A stretch of DNA of 64,000 bases from contig CAWAUO010000022.1 of the NCBI GenBank assembly GCA_963785245.1, positions 2,334-66,333 on the forward strand. The letters are read 5' to 3'. The stretch's first letter is position 1, and every line of letters begins with the position of its first letter. The translations under genes and the position numbers were made by a program. This document shows, piece after piece, positions 58,790 through 64,000 of the stretch. The notes below the pieces were generated by a model, which saw nothing but the letters and a program-made list of their open reading frames with translations, was not told the DNA's origin and did not search any database. The stretch comes from an uncultured Actinomycetota bacterium (GTDB lineage: Bacteria > Actinomycetota > Acidimicrobiia > Spongiisociales > UBA5794).

Positions 58790-61720
58790 GTGATCAATCG
58801 CGAACCAATCCCGTACGTCAAGAAAGGCCGCTCCCGCCGGATCCTCTGGATCATCCTCGGCGTCGGCTTCATTGGGCTCATCACCATGCGGTCGCTGGCC
58901 ACGATGTGGACCGACTACCTGTGGTATTCGAGCGTCGACCAGGTCGGTGTGTGGACCACGTTGGTCTTCACTCGGCTGTGGCTCGTGCTCGCCGCGTCGC
59001 TCGTAGCGTTCGCGATTATCTGGGTCAATCTCTACATCGTTGATCGGATCTCTCCCCGCCAGGGCGTAACCCCGGGGAGTCCGGACGAAGAGTTGCTGAT
59101 GCGCTATCAGACATGGGTTGAGCCCCGTTCCGGTCGCCTGCGCCTCGGCGCTTCCGTGTTTTTCGGAATCCTGCTCGGTGTCGGTGCTGCCGCCTGGTGG
59201 GAGAACTGGCTGCTCTACTTCCGCGGCGGTTCCTTCGGCGTCACCGATCCAATCTTCAACCACGACGTCAGCCTGTATGTGTTCGATGTTCCGTTCATGC
59301 GAGATGTGTTCTCATGGACGTTCCAACTGGTTCTCGTCCTGACCCTGATCGTGGTCGCCGTCCACTACCTCAATGGCGGCATCAACATCCAGGGGCCCGG
59401 AAAGCGCACGAGCTCCGGCGTCAAGGCACACGTCTCCATCCTGCTCGCCATCCTGGCTCTCCTGAAGGTCGTCGGCTACCAACTCGACAAGTGGGACCTC
59501 CTCTACAGCAGTCGCGGTCAGGTGTTCGGCGCCTCGTACACCGACGTGAATGCGCAGGTCCCTGCGCTCAATCTGCTGATCATCATCTCGCTTGTTGCCG
59601 CCGTCATCTTGTTGGTGAATCTGTGGTTCCGCGGATGGACCCTCCCGCTTGTTGCCGTCGGGCTCTGGCTGGTGACCTCGATCATCGTCGGCGGTGTCTA
59701 CCCGGCTCTCATCCAGCGACTGACCGTCCAGCCCGATGAGGTGAACAAAGAGTCGGAGTACGTCGCGTACAACATCGAATTCACGCGGGAGGCCTACGGG
59801 CTCGCCGACGTCGAAGTCGAACCGTTCGCCGCAGAGCCGGTGCTCACGCCCCAGGATCTCGAGGCGAACGCCACCACGATCAGCAACATCCGGCTGTGGG
59901 ATCCGGGTGTCCTCAATGTCACCTACCGGCAGTTGCAGAACATCGTCACGTACTACGACATCGGCGATGTGGACGTCGACCGGTACGAGATCGATGGCGA
60001 ACTCACCCAGGTGATGGTGTCGGCCCGCGAGCTCGAGGAGCAGGGTATCCCGGGTGAGGGCTGGGTGACGGAGCGCCTGGTGTACACCCACGGATTCGGT
60101 TCGGTGCTGAGCCCGGCGAACGACGTGACCGTTCAGGGGCAACCGGACTTCCTCGTCAAGGACATTCCGCCGGTCAACCTCTCGGATGACGAAAGCCTCA
60201 ACATCGAGCAGCCGCGGATCTACTTCTCCGACCACGCGGAGACCGACTACGTGATTGCGGGGACGAGCCAGCAGGAGGTCGACTTCCCGATCGGCTCCAG
60301 CGGCGCCGATGTCGCGACGAACTCGTACGACGGTGCCGGCGGAGTGAACCTCGGCGGCTTCTTCCAGCGGGCCGCGTGGGCGCTGCGATTCGGCAACCTC
60401 GACACGCTGATCTCGGATCGGCTCTCGGACGACTCGAAGGTGCTGCTCGAGCGCAACCTCCGGTCACGCATCGCCCGCCTCGCACCGTTCCTCTACGGCG
60501 ATGCCGACCCGTACATCGTGATCGCCAACGGGCGCCTCAAGTGGATCATGGATCTCTATACGATCACCGACCGGTACCCCTATTCGGCGCCTGCCAACAC
60601 GGCGCGGCTCAACCAGGGTGAAGGACTACCGAACCGGTTCAACTACATCCGCAACTCCGTGAAGGCAGTCGTCGACGCCTATGACGGGACGATCGACCTC
60701 TTCGTGATCGACCCCGATGACCCGATCATCCAAGCGAACGAGGCGATCTTCCCCGGCGTCTTCCGGCCCGGCTCGGAGCTCCCGCCTGAGGTCATCGAGC
60801 ACTTCCGGTATCCGGAAGACCTCTTCCGGATTCAGACCGATCAATACCAGCTCTATCACATGACGAACCCGGATCAGTTCTTCACGGTGTCGGATCCGTG
60901 GCAGATCGCCCGAGATCCGTCGACTTCGCCGCGGCCGGCGCTGCGCGGACGGTTCGTGGATTCGAGCGGCCAGGAATTCAGCCCGATGCTTCCGTACTAC
61001 CTGCTGATGAAGCTACCCGGTGAGGACCGGTCGTCGTTCCTGCTCATGCAGCCGTTCACGCCGCGTGGCCGCCCCAACATGGTGTCGTTCATGGTTGCGA
61101 AGAGCGGTCCGCTCGAGGAGTACGGACGCATTATCGAGTACGGCTTGCCGTCGGACAGCCAGATCGACGGCCCCGGTCAGGTCGGCAACTTCATCAACCA
61201 GGATCCGGCGATCTCCGCCGAGTTCACGCTTCTCGGCCAGGGTGGGTCCCGGGTGATCCAGGGGAACATGCTGGTCATTCCGATCGAGCAGTCGCTGTTG
61301 TACGTTCAACCGATCTACATCTCTGCGAACGATGAAGCGTCGAGCACCGGTATCCCGGAGTTCAAGCGAGTTGTCGTGTCGTTCAACGGTCAAATCGAGA
61401 TGCGCGATTCGCTGTCGGAGGCGCTCACGGCCGTCTTCGGCGTGCAGGATGGATCCGGCGATGGCACCGGTGACGGGGACACGACCGAGCCGCCGACGGG
61501 TACGCTCGAGGAGCAGATCGTCGAATTGCTGGCCCGCGCAGACCAAGCGTTCATGGAGGCCGACGAGGCCATGCGCACCGGCGACCTCGTGACCTGGGCT
61601 CAGAAGATCGAAGAGGCTCAGGCAGCGGTCGAGGAAGCGACTCGGCTCCTGATGGCTGCGAACGAAGTCGCTCCGGACGCTGCGTCCGGTGACGCCGGCG
61701 ACACAACGACCGACGCGTAG
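58790..61720 (+). CDS. UPF0182 family membrane protein
   Basis: WTDYLWY, FGVTDPIFNHDVSLYVF, GASYTDV, NIRLWDP, DVDRY, YTHGFG, NYIRNSVKAVVDAYDG. Confidence 0.95.
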   Translation: MINREPIPYVKKGRSRRILWIILGVGFIGLITMRSLATMWTDYLWYSSVDQVGVWTTLVFTRLWLVLAASLVAFAIIWVNLYIVDRISPRQGVTPGSPDEELLMRYQTWVEPRSGRLRLGASVFFGILLGVGAAAWWENWLLYFRGGSFGVTDPIFNHDVSLYVFDVPFMRDVFSWTFQLVLVLTLIVVAVHYLNGGINIQGPGKRTSSGVKAHVSILLAILALLKVVGYQLDKWDLLYSSRGQVFGASYTDVNAQVPALNLLIIISLVAAVILLVNLWFRGWTLPLVAVGLWLVTSIIVGGVYPALIQRLTVQPDEVNKESEYVAYNIEFTREAYGLADVEVEPFAAEPVLTPQDLEANATTISNIRLWDPGVLNVTYRQLQNIVTYYDIGDVDVDRYEIDGELTQVMVSARELEEQGIPGEGWVTERLVYTHGFGSVLSPANDVTVQGQPDFLVKDIPPVNLSDDESLNIEQPRIYFSDHAETDYVIAGTSQQEVDFPIGSSGADVATNSYDGAGGVNLGGFFQRAAWALRFGNLDTLISDRLSDDSKVLLERNLRSRIARLAPFLYGDADPYIVIANGRLKWIMDLYTITDRYPYSAPANTARLNQGEGLPNRFNYIRNSVKAVVDAYDGTIDLFVIDPDDPIIQANEAIFPGVFRPGSELPPEVIEHFRYPEDLFRIQTDQYQLYHMTNPDQFFTVSDPWQIARDPSTSPRPALRGRFVDSSGQEFSPMLPYYLLMKLPGEDRSSFLLMQPFTPRGRPNMVSFMVAKSGPLEEYGRIIEYGLPSDSQIDGPGQVGNFINQDPAISAEFTLLGQGGSRVIQGNMLVIPIEQSLLYVQPIYISANDEASSTGIPEFKRVVVSFNGQIEMRDSLSEALTAVFGVQDGSGDGTGDGDTTEPPTGTLEEQIVELLARADQAFMEADEAMRTGDLVTWAQKIEEAQAAVEEATRLLMAANEVAPDAASGDAGDTTTDA

Positions 61721-61833
61721 CGCGGCGTTCGGGCCGACTCTGGGCGACTCCTGACCGTCGTCGCCGACGGCTCAGCGTCGTCGGGCACGAGCTGAACGGC
61801 CTGGGTTCGGGTCGAATCAGATAGCATCAGATC

Positions 61834-62863
61834 GTGAGCGAACCACTGCGACTGGCCGTTGTTGGCGTGGGGCGGATGGGGTCGATTCACGCTCGATCCC
61901 TTGCTGCGTGCGACTCGATCGATGTCGACGCCGTCGCTGATGCCGTGCCGGCAGTCGCCGATGCCATCGCCGAGGAAATCGGCGCTCGCGCCTCCTCCTC
62001 CCCGGCAGCCCTGCTGGAACGGGATGACATCGAGGCGTGGCTGATCGCAACTCCCACGGCGACGCATCCGGCCGTAGTCGCGACGGCGCTCGAGGCTGGC
62101 CTCCACGTTCTCTGCGAGAAGCCGCTCGCTCTTGATCTTGACGAGAGCGAAACGATCGGGGCGCTGGCCGCATCCGCCGGGCGTGTCCTCCAACTCGGAT
62201 TCTGGCGTCGCTTCTCACCCCCCTGGGCGGTGGCGAAGGACCTTCTCGACGCCGGCGCAGTCGGTCGTCCCCTGATGCTCCGCCTCGCCCAGTGGGATGC
62301 AGATCCCCCACCGCCTGCGTTCTGTGATCCGCTGGTCAGCGGGGGACTGGCGATCGATTGCGGGGTCCACGAATTCGATCTCGTCGAGTGGCTGACCGGG
62401 CTTCCGGTCGAGACCGTCGATGCGTGGAACCTGCCGCTTGTCGACGAAGCCGTTGGAGACGCGGGCGACATCGACAACCTTGTTGCCGTGCTCGGACTCT
62501 CGGGAGGTGCCGTTGCGACCGTGGATCTGACCCGCAACTGCCGCTACGCGGATGATGTGCGCACGGAGATCCTCGGGGAGCAAGGGGCGATCTTCGTCGA
62601 TCTCCTCCCGGCGGGGCGGACCAGGCTCGCTACGTCGTCCGGTGTTGAGGTCGTGTCCGGGTCGGAGACCGACGGACGCGTTCGTTGACGGGATCGTCGG
62701 CCAGGCCGAAGCGTTTGCGGTGGCCGTGCGCGGGGGCGTGGTCGATGTTCCCGGCGCCGCGGCGAGCACGCAGGCGGTCCGACTCGGTCGCGCAGTCCAG
62801 GAGGCGGCAGCCACCAGAGCCCCCATCACGCTGCGAACCCAGGGTTCTCCGCATCGCAAATGA
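61834..62863 (+). CDS. Gfo/Idh/MocA family oxidoreductase (inositol dehydrogenase-like), one frameshift near 62677
   Basis: GVGRMG, ATPTATH, LCEKPLA, GFWRRF, DCGVHEFD; C-terminus continues in frame of 62552-62863. Confidence 0.85.
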
Positions 62864-62960
62864 CGCCGAGAGCCCGCGGTTCGGCGGGATCGATGCGCCG
62901 GTCCCATTCTGTGGGCTGTCGGCGCCAAATAGAAGGTGGAGAACCCTGGGTTCGCAGCGT
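62828..62960. repeat. 133-bp long inverted-repeat element, copy 3
   Basis: ACGCTGCGAACCCAGGGTTCTCC...GGAGAACCCTGGGTTCGCAGCGT; overlaps the 3' ends of both convergent genes. Confidence 0.9.
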
Positions 62961-63964
62961 TAGAGGCCGCGGGAGGGTGGGGCGGTGGTGGAGCGTTCGA
63001 CCAGCGTCGGCGGGAGGACCAGATGCTTCGGCTTTGTGCGGCCCCCGTCGATCCGCTCGATGAGGAGTTCGACGGCAGTCGCCCCGAGTTCGTGGCGAGG
63101 CTGATCGACCGTCGTAAGCGAGATGTGCTGCAGTCCCGCGAGCCAGGCGTTGTCGTATCCGATCAGCGAGACATCATCCGGGACCGATGCGACCGGCCTC
63201 GAAGAGGGCCTGCAGGGTCCCGATCGCGGCGAGGTCGTTCGCCGCGAAGATGGCGGTCGGATTGGCTCCGATCTCGATCAGCCGCTCGACTCCAAGCATG
63301 CCACCTTCCTCCGCGTAGTTGCCTGCGACGGTGACCGGCTCGAGGCCGTGTGCCTTCATGGCCTTGACGAAGCCGGCTTTGCGGCGCCGGGCCCCTGCGC
63401 CGCGACCGCCGTCGATGTGTGCAATCCGCGTGTGGCCAAGTGCGACCAGGTGATCGACGGCGAGGCGCGCCCCTCTGCGATCGTCGCCGCTCACGCTGTC
63501 GACGACCTTCGACTTGAGGTCGCGAGTGATGAGGACGGTCGGGATCTCTTCGCCAGCCGCGTCGATCGTCTTGAGGTCGAGCAGCGTGCCCGCCAGGATC
63601 AGCCCGTCGGTCTGCAACCTGAGCAGGGTCTCGAGGGCGACGCCTTCCCGCTCGGGGATCCGGCGCCCGCTGTTGAGGAGCGCCCGATACCCGTTCTCCA
63701 ATGCCCGGTCCTCGATCCCGTCGACGACGTCGGCGAAGAACGGATTGTGAAGGTTGGAGAGCATGACGCCGAGGACGTAGGACCGCTGCTGCACGAGGCT
63801 GCGCGCCATCGTGTTCGGCCGGTATCCGAGTTCGCGTGCCGCCTTCGAGGACATCGGCTCGCTTGTCATCGCTGACGTGTGGACGATCCCTGCATCACGA
63901 GCGACACGAGCGACTTCGACACGCCTGCCCGTTCGGCGACATCGAGAATGGTGGGACGGCTCAT
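62960..63964 (-). CDS. LacI family transcriptional regulator, frameshifted
   Basis: MSRPTILDVAERAGVSKSLVSLVM, LGYRPN, NPFF, LGHTRIAHI, AANDLAA, DDVSLIGYDN, LTTVDQP across frames. Confidence 0.87.
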
Positions 63965-64000
63965 GGGGTGACCTCTGGCGGGGGCCGGCAGGGTATCGGT

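Noticed and set aside
61721-61833. tRNA after the UPF0182 gene
   Set aside because: No cloverleaf or GTTCGA T-arm in a tRNA-compatible context

Overview
High-GC (about two-thirds G+C by eye) Actinomycetota core-genome window, probably Acidimicrobiia. This is inferred from WhiB, UPF0182, GuaB3, SenX3/RegX3-type and SigE-type genes. It carries housekeeping blocks (cimA, trpS, guaB3-guaA, pcrA, sucCD, purH-folD-icd-mdh, HU, sdhCAB), an ECF sigma module, a phosphate-regulon island, a FadD plus Liv-type ABC operon, BioY, sortase, YlbL, UPF0182 and the edge of a LacI/sugar dehydrogenase locus. I found no CRISPR array, rRNA, tRNA, transposase or prophage. Most notable: (1) three 133-bp long-hairpin elements that overlap gene ends and stop codons; (2) a DivIVA-coiled-coil protein ending in a phage MuF-like Cys domain; (3) two back-to-back leader-peptide attenuators (Ile/Thr for cimA, Trp-Trp for trpS) absent from the ORF track; (4) an orphan CheA-CheW-REC hybrid with atypical kinase boxes; (5) a candidate 6S-like RNA between HU and SCP2. 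About 15 single-base frameshifts cluster in the pst operon and look more like sequencing error than decay.
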